The notes under the pieces: generated by a model
The model's input: only the letters and a program-made list of their open reading frames with translations
Told to the model about the DNA's origin: nothing
The model's database searches: none
In this document: one piece after another, positions 30,719-41,493 of the stretch
Layout of the letters: each line of letters begins with the position of its first letter
How positions within the stretch are numbered: the stretch's first letter is position 1
Origin: an uncultured Planctomycetales bacterium
Lineage (GTDB): Bacteria; Omnitrophota; Gorgyraeia; Gygaellales; Profunditerraquicolaceae
Length of the DNA stretch: 64,000 nucleotides
Reading direction: 5' to 3'
NCBI GenBank assembly: GCA_964427405.1
Contig: CAYRUB010000002.1
Span: 68,741-132,740, forward strand
Position numbers and translations under genes: made by a program

Positions 30719-31993
30719 ATGAAAAATAATATCGCAGTAATAATCCTGGCAGCGGGTAAAAGTACACGCATGAGATCTGAAACGCCCAAAGTGCTGCATA
30801 ATCTTTGCGGCAGGCCTATGCTGGGTTATGTTTTGGATTTGGTAGCTTCCTTGAAACCTAAACAGGTGGTCGCGGTTTTAGGGTTTAAACAAGAGTTGGT
30901 GCGTAAGATTATTCCTAAAGGGGTTGGGATATCCGTACAGAAGAAATTGATTGGTACCGCAGATGCGGTTAAAACTGGCCTTACGGCCTTGAAAGGATTT
31001 AAAGGTACTGTGCTTGTTCTCTATGGAGATAATCCTTTATTAAAGAAAGAAACACTTAAGAAGATTTTAGATTACCATATAGAAAATAATGTTGACGCAA
31101 CACTATTAACGGCGCAGTTAAAAAAGCCTTCCGGATACGGCAGGATTATGCGCGATAAATACTTTAGTATATGCGGCATAGTTGAAGAAAAGGACGCCGA
31201 TGAGGTGCAGAAAGATATCAAAGAGATTAATACCGGAATTATGGTATTTAAAAAAGAAGTCCTGGCCGGAAATTTAAAACACATCCGCGCTAATAACCGC
31301 AAGAAAGAATATTATCTAACCGACTTAATTGGTATTTTAGCCAAAAAGAACTACCTGGTTGATGGGGTAAAGGTTGGAGATACCCGGGAAGCGCTGGGGA
31401 TTAACACCCGGGCCGAATTAGCTAAAGCCAACTCTCTGATGCAGGAAAGGATTAATGAAAAATTAATGCAGGATGGCGTAACTATTGTTGACCCGGCATC
31501 TACCTTTATTAATTTTGGTACCAAGGTTGGCATAGATACGGTGATTTATCCCTTTACAGTAATTGAAAGGGGTGTTAAAATTGGAAAACGTTGTGCAGTG
31601 GGTCCTTTTGCTCACCTGCGTGAAGGTGTCGAACTAAAAGATGATGTGACGGCTGGTAACTTTATTGAAATTGTGCGCGCCAAGATCGGCGCCAAGACAC
31701 TCGTCAAACACTTCTCTTACATCGGAGATAGCTCCGTCGGTTCCTGCGTAAATATTGGAGCAGGTACTGTTACGGCTAACTTTGATGGCCTTAGGAAAAA
31801 TAATACAGTTATTAAGGATAAGGCTAATATCGGTTCTGATACTGTAATTGTTGCTCCGGTTCAAATCGGCAAGTCCGCAGTTACCGGAGCTGGTTCAGTG
31901 ATTACTAAAAATATCCCGGATAATACGGTTGTTGTAGGAATTCCGGCGAGAATTTTAAGGAAGAAGCCTGCCTGCCGGCAGGCAGGGGGATAA
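30719..31993 (+). CDS. glmU: Bifunctional UDP-N-acetylglucosamine pyrophosphorylase / glucosamine-1-phosphate N-acetyltransferase
   Basis: N-terminal ILAAGKSTRM nucleotidyltransferase motif and a C-terminal left-handed beta-helix of hexapeptide repeats. Confidence 0.8.
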   Translation: MKNNIAVIILAAGKSTRMRSETPKVLHNLCGRPMLGYVLDLVASLKPKQVVAVLGFKQELVRKIIPKGVGISVQKKLIGTADAVKTGLTALKGFKGTVLVLYGDNPLLKKETLKKILDYHIENNVDATLLTAQLKKPSGYGRIMRDKYFSICGIVEEKDADEVQKDIKEINTGIMVFKKEVLAGNLKHIRANNRKKEYYLTDLIGILAKKNYLVDGVKVGDTREALGINTRAELAKANSLMQERINEKLMQDGVTIVDPASTFINFGTKVGIDTVIYPFTVIERGVKIGKRCAVGPFAHLREGVELKDDVTAGNFIEIVRAKIGAKTLVKHFSYIGDSSVGSCVNIGAGTVTANFDGLRKNNTVIKDKANIGSDTVIVAPVQIGKSAVTGAGSVITKNIPDNTVVVGIPARILRKKPACRQAGG

Positions 31994-31999
31994 ATAAAT

Positions 32000-32938
32000 A
32001 TGGATAAGTTAGCTATTTTTAGCGGTAATGCAAACCTTGTGTTAGCCAAAGATATCTGTAAGAATTTAAAAGTTAAATTACAGGATGCCCTGGTAGGCAG
32101 ATTCAGTGAAGGCGAGATCCGGGTAAAAATTAATGAGAATGTGCGCGGCAAGGATGTTTTTGTAGTGCAACCGACCTGCCCTCCGTCGAATGATAACCTT
32201 ATGGAATTATTAATTATGATTGATGCCTTGCGCCGCGCATCCGCCCAAAGGATTACCGCGGTTATCCCGTATTTTGGTTATGCGCGCCAGGACAGGAAGG
32301 ATCAGCCGCGTGTGCCGATTACCGCAAAATTAGTAGCTAACCTTCTGACTACCGCCGGGGCTAACCGGATTTTAACCATGGATTTACACGCCGGACAGAT
32401 TCAGGGGTTCTTTGATATTCCCGTGGATCATCTTTTTTCCGTTGGTGTATTCGTGGATTATTTCTCCAAGATGAATATTAAGGATCTTGTTGTTGTTTCT
32501 CCTGATGTGGGGAGTATCAAGATGGCCAGGGCTTATGCTAAAAGAGTTTCCGCAGGCCTGGCGATAATTGATAAACGCCGGGTTTCCCCTGAGAAAGCCG
32601 AAGCCATGCATATTATGGGCGAGGTAGAAGATAAAAATGTGATTATTATTGATGATATGATTGCTACGGGCAGTTCCCTGATCGAGGCTGTAGAGGCTTT
32701 AAAAAAAGCCAGGGCCAAGACTATTTATGCGGCGATTACCCATGGTATTTTATCGGGGCCGGCAATCGAGCGTATTGATCAATGCAAAGGTTTGGAGAAA
32801 TTGCTTATTTCTGACAGCGTGCCTTTATCCGCGGAAAAGCAGCATGCGAGGATTGAGGTGCTTTCAGTAGCCAACCTTTTGGCCGAAGCAATAAAAAGAA
32901 TCCACAATGAGGAGTCAGTCAGCTGCTTATTTGATTAA
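32000..32938 (+). CDS. prs: Ribose-phosphate pyrophosphokinase
   Basis: MDKLAIFSGNANLVLAKDIC, DLHAGQIQGFF, and the PRPP-binding DDMIATGSS. Confidence 0.9.
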   Translation: MDKLAIFSGNANLVLAKDICKNLKVKLQDALVGRFSEGEIRVKINENVRGKDVFVVQPTCPPSNDNLMELLIMIDALRRASAQRITAVIPYFGYARQDRKDQPRVPITAKLVANLLTTAGANRILTMDLHAGQIQGFFDIPVDHLFSVGVFVDYFSKMNIKDLVVVSPDVGSIKMARAYAKRVSAGLAIIDKRRVSPEKAEAMHIMGEVEDKNVIIIDDMIATGSSLIEAVEALKKARAKTIYAAITHGILSGPAIERIDQCKGLEKLLISDSVPLSAEKQHARIEVLSVANLLAEAIKRIHNEESVSCLFD

Positions 32939-32981
32939 GCGGTAGGTGTAATTCTTAATAAAGAAAAGAAAGGTAAAGAAA

Positions 32982-33686
32982 ATGGAAGAGATATTTTTGG
33001 AAGCAGAATTAAGAGAAGAAAAAGGAAGCGCTAAGGCCAGGGAATTAAGAAATAAAGGTTATTTGCCGTCAGTGGTTTATTCTCATGGCAAGGATGCCCT
33101 GTCCATAAAGTTTTCTAAGAGCGCACTTTTAAAGCTGGTACATCAGCATCACTTAGAAAGCGTTATTATTAAGCTTAAGATTAAGGATGACAAGAAGGCC
33201 AAAGAGCGTCCATGCCTGGTTAAGGAAATTCAGTATGACCCGGTGAGCGAGGATATTATGCATTTGGATTTTAATGAGATTTCTCTAACTGAAGCCATCA
33301 AGGTTAATGTCTCTATTGAAGTTAAGGGTGAGTCTATAGGTGTAAAACAGGAGGGTGGATCCTTAGAGCATATACTTTGGGAGGTTGAAGTAGAGTGTTT
33401 ACCTACAAATATCCCTAAGAATATCGAAGTAGATGTTTCCGCGCTTAAAATGGGTGAAGCTATTCATGTCAAGGATATAGTTTTCCCTGCGGGAGTTAAG
33501 CCTTTAAATGATCCTGAGGCGATTGTCTTGCATGTTGCCGCTCCGATGAAGGAAGAGGTGCCGGTGGAAGCAGTTGAAGGGGAAACTAAAGCTGAGCCAG
33601 AAGTAATCAAGGAGAAGAAGGAAGTTCCTGTTGAAGGCGCCGCAGCGGCTGATGAAGCTAAGGGAAAAGAAAAAGAGAAGAAATAA
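32982..33686 (+). CDS. rplY: 50S ribosomal protein L25 / general stress protein Ctc, with acidic/lysine-rich tail
   Basis: N-terminal L25 fold signature (LEAELREEKGSAKARELRNKGYLPSVVY) and a beta-barrel C-domain. Confidence 0.8.
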   Translation: MEEIFLEAELREEKGSAKARELRNKGYLPSVVYSHGKDALSIKFSKSALLKLVHQHHLESVIIKLKIKDDKKAKERPCLVKEIQYDPVSEDIMHLDFNEISLTEAIKVNVSIEVKGESIGVKQEGGSLEHILWEVEVECLPTNIPKNIEVDVSALKMGEAIHVKDIVFPAGVKPLNDPEAIVLHVAAPMKEEVPVEAVEGETKAEPEVIKEKKEVPVEGAAAADEAKGKEKEKK

Positions 33687-33730
33687 GGACCTAAAGATTA
33701 AAAGAGGGCGAATAGGATAGAGGGTGTTGG

Positions 33731-34309
33731 GTGAAGCTGATTGTAGGATTAGGTAATCCCGGGTTGATTTATGCGGGCTCTCGGCATAACATTGGTTTTA
33801 CGGTAATTAAATCCTTAGCCCGTTCTTTAAAGGTCGTTCTTAAAAGAGATAGTTCAGTTTCGGCTTTAGTCGGTAAAACCAGTTATGGCCAGCATAATCT
33901 GGTATTAGCTCTGCCGCAGACTTTTATGAATTTAAGCGGCATAGCAGTTAAGGCCCTGCTTAAGAAATTTAAGGTAAGCCCGCAAGAGCTTTTGGTGGTC
34001 TGTGACGATCTGGATTTAGAGCTGGGAAGAGTTAAGATCCGGCCGCTTGGCTCAAGCGGCGGGCAGCGGGGAATGGTTTCTATTATTGAGCATTTAGGAA
34101 CGCAAGAGTTTAGCCGGCTGCGCGTCGGTATTGGCCGGCCGAAGAATCCGGCAGATGCCGCACGGTACGTTTTGTCAGGGTTTTTACGTAAAGAAAAAGT
34201 GATTGTTGAAGAAGCAAGGGAAGATGCCGTCGCTTGCGCTTTGAGTTGGGTAGAAAATGGCATAATTATTACTATGGACACTTTTAACACAAGGAGTAGA
34301 AATGAATAA
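33731..34309 (+). CDS. pth: Peptidyl-tRNA hydrolase
   Basis: KLIVGLGNPG...SRHNIGF signature. GTG start at 33731. Confidence 0.9.
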   Translation: MKLIVGLGNPGLIYAGSRHNIGFTVIKSLARSLKVVLKRDSSVSALVGKTSYGQHNLVLALPQTFMNLSGIAVKALLKKFKVSPQELLVVCDDLDLELGRVKIRPLGSSGGQRGMVSIIEHLGTQEFSRLRVGIGRPKNPADAARYVLSGFLRKEKVIVEEAREDAVACALSWVENGIIITMDTFNTRSRNE

Positions 34310-34592
34310 GTATGAAGCAATGTTGATTGTCAAACCGGACTTATCCGATGAAGATAAGAAAACGTTATTTAAACAGATTGATGATGCGGTAACTAAGAAT
34401 AACGGTCAGATTTCCCAGTCAGCGGTATGGGCAGAAAGGCGCAAATTATATTTTCCTATTAATAAATTCCAGGAAGGTATTTATTATCTGGTAGCTTTTA
34501 CCGCTCCGCCGCAGGCGATCAAGGAGATGCGTAATATTTACAAGCTTAATGAAAATATCCTTAGGGTTTTATTTACCCGTATGGATATTTAA
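34302..34592 (+). CDS. rpsF: 30S ribosomal protein S6
   Basis: MNKYEAMLIVKPDLSDED is the S6 signature. 96 aa. Confidence 0.85.
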   Translation: MNKYEAMLIVKPDLSDEDKKTLFKQIDDAVTKNNGQISQSAVWAERRKLYFPINKFQEGIYYLVAFTAPPQAIKEMRNIYKLNENILRVLFTRMDI

Positions 34593-34618
34593 AGCGGCGA
34601 TTCACAAGGAGGACTTAC

Positions 34619-35080
34619 ATGGCCAGTTATAATAAAGTATTATTGATGGGTAATCTTACTAAGGATCCCGAGTTGCGCTATACTCCGCAAGGTACCGCTG
34701 TAGTTAATCTGCGCCTGGCGGTAAATCGTAAATACCGCACTAAAGAACAGGAACTAAAAGAAGAGGTTTGTTTTATAACCGCGGTAGTTTGGAATAAGCA
34801 GGCAGAGACATGCAATCAGTATTTACATAAGGGAAGCAGTGTTTTTGTCGAGGGAAGATTACAGTCGCGCTCCTGGGAGGATAATACCGGGGCAAAGCGA
34901 TCGGTAATTGAGGTCAGGGCGGAACGTGTGCAGTTTATGGGTGCGCCTGGCCAGGGCAAGCCAGCCGGTCAAGCCAGCCAAACACACGCAGAGGTTTTGG
35001 TTGATGAGCCGAGCAGCGAATCAACCTGGTTGTCAGAAGGCGGCGATGATGCCCAGCCTTCTGAAGAGGGGATAAATTAA
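34619..35080 (+). CDS. ssb: Single-stranded DNA-binding protein
   Basis: NKVLLMGNLTKDPELRYTPQG OB-fold start and an acidic C-terminal tail. Confidence 0.9.
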   Translation: MASYNKVLLMGNLTKDPELRYTPQGTAVVNLRLAVNRKYRTKEQELKEEVCFITAVVWNKQAETCNQYLHKGSSVFVEGRLQSRSWEDNTGAKRSVIEVRAERVQFMGAPGQGKPAGQASQTHAEVLVDEPSSESTWLSEGGDDAQPSEEGIN

Positions 35081-35150
35081 TATCTGTGCTTAGCATGGCG
35101 AGGAAAATTTAAATTAAACAAAATAATGAAAAGAGGATAGGGGGACACAC

Positions 35151-35426
35151 ATGAAAGTTAAGACTAGAGGTTTTGGCAAAGACAAGAAGATTATTAAAAA
35201 GAAAAAGGACCTGCTTGGCCCGGTGAGAAAAAGATTCTGCCGGTTCTGTGCGGACAAATTAGGCAGTATTGATTATAAAGATATTAAAAGGCTTGAGGTT
35301 TTTATTACCGAGAAAGGTAAAATCGTCTCCAGCCGTTTTTCCGGAAATTGCGCCAGACATCAGAGAAGGATCAGGGAATTGATTAATAAAGCCAGGTTTC
35401 TTTCTCTGCTTCCCTATACCCGCTAA
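35151..35426 (+). CDS. rpsR: 30S ribosomal protein S18
   Basis: CRFCADKLGSIDYKD...ITEKGKIVSSRFSGNCARHQRRIRELINKARFLSLLPY. Confidence 0.9.
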   Translation: MKVKTRGFGKDKKIIKKKKDLLGPVRKRFCRFCADKLGSIDYKDIKRLEVFITEKGKIVSSRFSGNCARHQRRIRELINKARFLSLLPYTR

Positions 35427-35431
35427 ATAAT

Positions 35432-35872
35432 ATGGAAGTAATATTAATCAAAGATGTAGAAAAAATCGGTAAAGCAGGCTCGGTGGTTAAAATCAAAGAG
35501 GGGTTTGCCAGGAACTTTCTTTTCCCGCATAACCTCGCCAAGATAGCTACTCCGGGAGGCCTTAAACAATTAGACAAAGAAAAGCAGGCGAGGTTGGCGC
35601 AATATGCCAAGGGTAAAGAAGAATCAGAGGAAATTAAGAAACGCCTCAGCGCGCTTTCTTTAACTATTTCTGCTTTGACTCAAGGTGAGGAGTTATATGG
35701 CAGTATCAGCAGCCATGATATAGCTGTTGTTTTGAAAGAGGAAGGTTTTCTTATAGATAAAAATGTTATTGAATTGGCTGAGCCGATAAAATCTTTAGGG
35801 GTTTATGAATTTTCCGTGAAGTTACATCCGGAAGTAATTGCAACGCTCAAGCTTTGTGTAGCTAAAAAGTAA
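35432..35872 (+). CDS. rplI: 50S ribosomal protein L9
   Basis: MEVILIKDVEKIGKAGSVVKIKEGFARNFLFP is the L9 N-domain signature. Confidence 0.85.
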   Translation: MEVILIKDVEKIGKAGSVVKIKEGFARNFLFPHNLAKIATPGGLKQLDKEKQARLAQYAKGKEESEEIKKRLSALSLTISALTQGEELYGSISSHDIAVVLKEEGFLIDKNVIELAEPIKSLGVYEFSVKLHPEVIATLKLCVAKK

Positions 35873-35954
35873 CTGAGTGCATAACTTACGGAGCGACAGT
35901 GAACGTAAGTTATCTGCGCGAAGTTATACTGCATCCTGAAGGGATGCAGTATAA

Positions 35955-37337
35955 GTGATTCAGGTTTTAGGAGATTTGTTAAACATGCCGCAAGACTTAA
36001 ATCTAGATAAACTCCCTCCGCAAAATCTTGACGCTGAGATGGCCGTATTAGGATCTATGCTTCTGGATGAAGAAGCAGTTTCGGTTGCCGTTGAGAAATT
36101 GGACGCAGGATGTTTTTATAAGGATACTCACAGGAAGATCTTTCAGACAATAAGTGATCTTTATAATGCTAATAAGGCGGTAGATTTAATCACCCTTGCT
36201 GACGCCTTAAGAAAAGATAACTCTCTTGATGAGATAGGCGGGGCAAGCTATCTTACGTCTTTGGCTAATGCTGTTCCTACCGCCGCCAATATCAACCATT
36301 ACGCCGGCATTGTGCGGGAAAAATATATCTTAAGGACCTTAATTAATAACTCTACCAAGATTATCACTGTTTGCCATGAGAGTGAAGGCAATATCGCTGA
36401 AGTTGTAGATACCGCCGAGAGGCTTATCTTTGAGGTCAGCGACCGCAGAAACCAAGGTTCTTATTTGCACCTCAAGGAGATTGTTAAAGAGAGTATTGAA
36501 ACTATTGATAAACTTTATCAAAATAAAGCGCATGTTACCGGAATTCCTACAGGTTATATAGATTTTGATATTAAGACCGCAGGGCTTCAGCCGTCGGATT
36601 TAATTATTGTCGCGGGCCGGCCTTCAATGGGCAAAAGCGCCTTTGCCTTGGGGATAGCTGAATACGCCGGAGTAATTGAAAAGGTGCCTACTGCGATCTT
36701 TAGCTTAGAGATGTCCAAGGAACAGCTGGTGCAGAGGATGCTTTGTTCGCATGCGCGAGTTGATGCGCATAAAGTAAGGACCGGGTATTTAGCTACCAGC
36801 GATTGGCCGCGCCTGACTGCGGCTGCCGGAAAACTTTCCGAGGCACCCATATATATTGACGATACCCCGGCGATCTCCGTAATGGAGCTGCGTGCCAGGG
36901 CGCGTCGTCTGAAATCGCATCATGGTATAAAATTAATTATCTTAGATTACATGCAGTTAATGCGTGGATCAGCGATGAATATGGAGAGCAGACAGCAGGA
37001 GATCTCTGAGATTTCGCGTTCACTCAAAGCTTTAGCAAGAGAATTAAGCGTTCCGGTTATTGCGATCAGTCAGTTGTCCCGGGCAGTGGAATCGCGTACA
37101 GACCATAGGCCGCAGCTTTCAGATTTAAGGGAATCCGGGGCAATAGAGCAGGATGCCGACGTAGTCGTGTTAATTTTAAGGGAGGAGTATTATACCCCTT
37201 CTCCTGATAATCAGGGCATAGCGGAAGCGATTATCGCCAAGCAGCGTAATGGCCCGGTAGGCTCTTTAAAATTAGCCTTTATTAAAGAATTTACCAGGTT
37301 TGACAACTTATCTAGAGTAGATAGTTCAATAGAATGA
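35955..37337 (+). CDS. dnaB: Replicative DNA helicase
   Basis: PQNLDAEMAVLGSMLLD N-domain and RecA-like core (GRPSMGKSAFALGIA, ILDYMQLM). The start may be Met at 35955 or at 35985. Confidence 0.9.
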   Translation: MIQVLGDLLNMPQDLNLDKLPPQNLDAEMAVLGSMLLDEEAVSVAVEKLDAGCFYKDTHRKIFQTISDLYNANKAVDLITLADALRKDNSLDEIGGASYLTSLANAVPTAANINHYAGIVREKYILRTLINNSTKIITVCHESEGNIAEVVDTAERLIFEVSDRRNQGSYLHLKEIVKESIETIDKLYQNKAHVTGIPTGYIDFDIKTAGLQPSDLIIVAGRPSMGKSAFALGIAEYAGVIEKVPTAIFSLEMSKEQLVQRMLCSHARVDAHKVRTGYLATSDWPRLTAAAGKLSEAPIYIDDTPAISVMELRARARRLKSHHGIKLIILDYMQLMRGSAMNMESRQQEISEISRSLKALARELSVPVIAISQLSRAVESRTDHRPQLSDLRESGAIEQDADVVVLILREEYYTPSPDNQGIAEAIIAKQRNGPVGSLKLAFIKEFTRFDNLSRVDSSIE

Positions 37338-37413
37338 GTTATATGGCATCCACCTGCGGTAAACTGGATAAAATATTTGATTTTAAAAGCCTATTCCTAT
37401 ATAATAACCTCAA

Positions 37414-39810
37414 ATGCGCAGATTAATCTTAATATCTTTAACCGTTTTCCTTCTTTTCGTTACCGCCTCCTTTGTCTTTGCTGAAGAAAATCTACAGAAC
37501 CAGCCCCAACAGAATACTGTTGTTTCTTCTGAGGCAGCGCCTTCAGCAAAGAATGTCACTGCCATAGAAGTCAAAGGCAATAAATCTATCAGCACCAATG
37601 TAATCGTTTCTAAAATGAAGACGCGCATTGGCAGCCCCTATCAGGAAAATATCATCAGCGATGATTTAAAAAGGCTTTACCTGTTGGGTTTCTTCAGTGA
37701 TATTAAGATAGATACCGAGGCGTATAAAGATGGATTAAAAGTCGTGCTTAACGTTGTAGAAAGGCCGATTATAGATAAAATAAGTTTTACGGGGATAAAC
37801 CGGATTACCATGAAGGAAGATAAATTGAAGCAGCAGTTGAAATCAAAAGAGACGCAATATCTGGATTATCCCAGCCTGTCTGAGGATGTGCGCACGCTAA
37901 AGAAGATGTATGAGAAAATAGGTTATAGCCAGGCTGACGTTACTTATAAAGTTGAGCTTAAGCCTGAAACAAATAAGGCAGTGATAAGTTTTGATGTTGT
38001 AGAGGGCCAGAAAGTCCGTATTAAGGATATTATCGTCCAGGGGAATAAGTCTTTCTCAAGCGGACGTATCCTGAAGTTGCTTAAGATCAAACGCGCCTGG
38101 TTTTTTAATGCCGGGGTTTTAAAAGAAGATGTGTTAAAGGAAGATATGGAGCGCGTCAAATCATTTTATCAACGGGAAGGTTTTACTGATGTCGTGGTAG
38201 AATATGAGGTCAATCCTGATGCTCAAAAGTCATATTTGTTATATGTTACGATTAAGGTTACAGAAGGTAAAAAATATCTCGTAGGTTCGGTGGTCATTCA
38301 AGGAAATAAGGATATTGTTGAAAAAGCTATTCTTAGCCGTCTTAGTGAGTGTGTCCCGGGTAAGGTTTTTAGCGCGGATGCAATGAAAAAAGATGTTACT
38401 AGTATACAGGGGTTATATTTTGACCGTGGATATATATCTGCGCAGGTCCAGGAGTCAACTATAGTTAACCCGGATACCGGACGCGTAGATATAACCTATT
38501 CGATTATCGAAAACCAGATAGTTTATGTGGATAAGATTAAGGTCCGCGGCAATATCAAAACCAAGGATGTAGTTATTCGCAGGGAGATGCGCCTGCATCC
38601 CGGGGACAGGTTTGACGGTGAGAAACTTCGCCGGAGCAAGGAGAGGTTGACAAACTTAGGTTTCTTTGAAGAGGTCAGCTATGACACTGAAGATACCCCG
38701 GAGCCGGATAAAAAGAATTTAGTGGTTGATGTGAAGGAAAGTAAGACCGGGGCTTTCAGTTTCGGAGGCGGATATAGTACGGTTGATCAGTTCGTGGGTT
38801 TTGTGGAGGTTGAACAAAAGAATTTCGACTGGAAGAATTGGCCGTATTTTACCGGAGCCGGCCAGAATTTGAAGGTGCGCGCATCCATCGGTAGCTCGAG
38901 CAATGGTTTTGAATTGAGTTTTACCGAGCCATGGCTATTTGATTATCCGGTTTCTTTTGGCTTTGATCTTTACCGCCGCACGCATGACCGGGACACTGAT
39001 TCAGGTTATGGTTATGATGAAAAGGTTACCGGAGGGGATCTGCGTTTAGGTAAAGAGATATCCGAATACTTAAGAGGGGATATAATGTATCGTTTGGACC
39101 AGGTTGACTTAAGCAACCCATCCGATACCACTGATACCAACCTGATGGATGAAATGGGCACGAATCTGATTAGCACGATTTCCCCCAGCTTAACTTATGA
39201 CTCCAGGGATAATGTCTTTGATGCCAGAAAAGGTAATTTATTAACTGCTTCTTTTGATTTTGCCGGCGGCCCGCTTGGCGGTGATAAAAATTTTACAAAG
39301 TTTTTTGCCCGGGCATCTCATTATTTTCCGATGCCCAGAGGCGCTGTACTTGAGGTAAGAGGCAGGCTTGGTTTGGCACAGCCTTATGGTAGTACAGAAA
39401 AGATCCCTATTTATGAAAGATTCTTTGCCGGCGGCGCTTACACAATAAGAGGTTATGAGGAAAGAAAAGTCGGGCCGGTTAGTAGTGGTAGTGATCATGA
39501 TCCTATAGGCGGCGCGTCTATGGTAGTGGGCAATATTGAGTATACTTATCCTTTATTTAGTTTTTTAAAAGTCGCGGCTTTTTATGATGTAGGTAATGTC
39601 TGGGAGAAAATAGGTGATATGTTTTCAAATAAAAATGCTAACGGAGTAGAGAATAGCGGTGGGCTTAAGTCCAGCGTGGGTTTAGGCTTGCGTATTAAAA
39701 CCCCGATTGGCCCGATTATGTTGGATTACGGTATCCCTTTTGATAAAGAGCCTGGCGAGAGTGATAAAAAGAGCGGGCAATTCCATTTCAGCGCCAGCCA
39801 TGGATTTTAA
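37414..39810 (+). CDS. bamA: Outer membrane protein assembly factor BamA (POTRA x5 plus Omp85 barrel)
   Basis: Signal peptide, repeated POTRA modules, and a C-terminal barrel with aromatic-rich beta strands. Followed by skp and lpxD as in the canonical locus. Confidence 0.85.
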   Translation: MRRLILISLTVFLLFVTASFVFAEENLQNQPQQNTVVSSEAAPSAKNVTAIEVKGNKSISTNVIVSKMKTRIGSPYQENIISDDLKRLYLLGFFSDIKIDTEAYKDGLKVVLNVVERPIIDKISFTGINRITMKEDKLKQQLKSKETQYLDYPSLSEDVRTLKKMYEKIGYSQADVTYKVELKPETNKAVISFDVVEGQKVRIKDIIVQGNKSFSSGRILKLLKIKRAWFFNAGVLKEDVLKEDMERVKSFYQREGFTDVVVEYEVNPDAQKSYLLYVTIKVTEGKKYLVGSVVIQGNKDIVEKAILSRLSECVPGKVFSADAMKKDVTSIQGLYFDRGYISAQVQESTIVNPDTGRVDITYSIIENQIVYVDKIKVRGNIKTKDVVIRREMRLHPGDRFDGEKLRRSKERLTNLGFFEEVSYDTEDTPEPDKKNLVVDVKESKTGAFSFGGGYSTVDQFVGFVEVEQKNFDWKNWPYFTGAGQNLKVRASIGSSSNGFELSFTEPWLFDYPVSFGFDLYRRTHDRDTDSGYGYDEKVTGGDLRLGKEISEYLRGDIMYRLDQVDLSNPSDTTDTNLMDEMGTNLISTISPSLTYDSRDNVFDARKGNLLTASFDFAGGPLGGDKNFTKFFARASHYFPMPRGAVLEVRGRLGLAQPYGSTEKIPIYERFFAGGAYTIRGYEERKVGPVSSGSDHDPIGGASMVVGNIEYTYPLFSFLKVAAFYDVGNVWEKIGDMFSNKNANGVENSGGLKSSVGLGLRIKTPIGPIMLDYGIPFDKEPGESDKKSGQFHFSASHGF

Positions 39811-39934
39811 AATAAATAATTACTAACCAACACCCCGCGTTGCCCAGGCACCTGGCCCCTATGGGAATTGGGTCAGTGTTTGCCACGTGGCGAAAATTGT
39901 GCGGGTGTGCCCTTGAGGGCAAGGAGGAAGTAAA

Positions 39935-40438
39935 ATGAGAAAGACAGCAGTAGTTTTAGGCAGTATGGTTATTGGTTTGTTTTTGTTTGCAGGAAGCGCT
40001 CAAGCCGCGGATAAATTTGGCTATATTGATTTAAGCCGTACCTTTAGTGAATATAGCAAAACCAAAGGGTATGATAAAACTTTAAACGATAAAGAAAAAG
40101 TTTATACAGACGAGCGTGATAAAAAAGTAGCTGAGCTTAAAGCCCTTCAGGATAAATTTAATTTACTTAATGATAAAGAAAGAGAAGCGAAAAAGGGCGA
40201 ACTTGAAACCAAGATGAAGGCATTCCAGGATTCTGACCGCCAAAAGCAGGAAGCTTTGCGTAAAGAGCAGGATGAGAAAATGAAAGAGATACTCAAGGAT
40301 ATTGAAGATGCGGTGAAGAAATACTCGGAAAAAGAAGGCTACACCATGGTTTTTAATGACCGTGTGTTAGTGTATCAGAATAAGGCCCTGGAGATTACAA
40401 ACCAGATTATTGAGGCTTTAAACAAGGTTAGCAAATAA
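39935..40438 (+). CDS. skp: Periplasmic chaperone Skp/OmpH
   Basis: Signal peptide, then the FGYIDLSRTF start and a long lysine/glutamate-rich coiled coil. Position between bamA and lpxD. Confidence 0.75.
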   Translation: MRKTAVVLGSMVIGLFLFAGSAQAADKFGYIDLSRTFSEYSKTKGYDKTLNDKEKVYTDERDKKVAELKALQDKFNLLNDKEREAKKGELETKMKAFQDSDRQKQEALRKEQDEKMKEILKDIEDAVKKYSEKEGYTMVFNDRVLVYQNKALEITNQIIEALNKVSK

Positions 40439-40452
40439 AATAAATATTCATA

Positions 40453-41493
40453 ATGTTGCATAAAACCCTGAATGAAATAGCCAAATTTATTGGCGGAAAG
40501 GTTATCGGCGACGGAGATACCTTAATTACGGGTGTCTCGGGTATTAAAGAAGCGGCAGAGGGGGATATTACCTTTCTGGCTAATTCTAAATACAGCCCGC
40601 TTATGGATAAGACGGCTGCTTCGGCGATTATTACCTCAGCTGACGCGCAGAAAACCGCAAAGCCGGTTATTTTAACCGAGAACCCTTCCCTGGCATTTAC
40701 CAAGATCATCTCTATGTTTATACCTGATGATATAGGGCATCCAGAGGGTATAGATTATACCGTGGTTATGGGCAAGAATGTAACCTTGGGTAAAGATGTG
40801 GCTATCGGGCCTTATGTAGTTATCGGGGATAATGTATCTATCGGAGACAAATCAATAATTTACGCGGGTTGTTTCATCGGCCATCACAGTAAAATCGGAA
40901 GCCAGACATTAATTTATCCGCATGTCTCAATACGCGAGCGCATCAGTATCGGCAGCCGTGTAATTATCCATTCCGGAACTGTGATTGGTTCAGATGGTTT
41001 TGGATTTGTTACGATTAAGGGTGCGCAGCATAAGATACCCCAGGTGGGTACGGTTGAGATTGCTGATGATGTGGAGATTGGGGCTAATGTTACTATTGAC
41101 CGGGCGCGCTTTGATAAAACTGCGATCGGCTGCGGCACTAAAATTGACAATCTTGTGCAGATCGGCCATAACGTAATTATCGGCGAGAACTGTTTAATCG
41201 TGGCCCAGGTGGCTATAGCCGGCAGCACGATTGTTGGCAACAACGTAACTTTAGCCGGACAGGCAGGCCTAGTCGGACATATTACCATTGGAGACAATGT
41301 GATTGTGACCGGGCAATCAGGCGTATCTAAGTCTGTACCTGCAAATACCATGGTTTCCGGATATCCAGCCCGGCCCTTTATGACTACTCAAAGGGTGAAT
41401 GCCAGCTTGCAGAACCTGCCTAAGTTATTTGATCTAGTTAAAGAATTAAAGAAAAAGGTTGAAGAATTAGAAGCCAGATTGGGTAAGAAATAA
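40453..41493 (+). CDS. lpxD: UDP-3-O-acylglucosamine N-acyltransferase
   Basis: N-terminal LpxD domain and a left-handed beta-helix of hexapeptide repeats ([12 protein letters not shown]...). Confidence 0.85.
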   Translation: MLHKTLNEIAKFIGGKVIGDGDTLITGVSGIKEAAEGDITFLANSKYSPLMDKTAASAIITSADAQKTAKPVILTENPSLAFTKIISMFIPDDIGHPEGIDYTVVMGKNVTLGKDVAIGPYVVIGDNVSIGDKSIIYAGCFIGHHSKIGSQTLIYPHVSIRERISIGSRVIIHSGTVIGSDGFGFVTIKGAQHKIPQVGTVEIADDVEIGANVTIDRARFDKTAIGCGTKIDNLVQIGHNVIIGENCLIVAQVAIAGSTIVGNNVTLAGQAGLVGHITIGDNVIVTGQSGVSKSVPANTMVSGYPARPFMTTQRVNASLQNLPKLFDLVKELKKKVEELEARLGKK

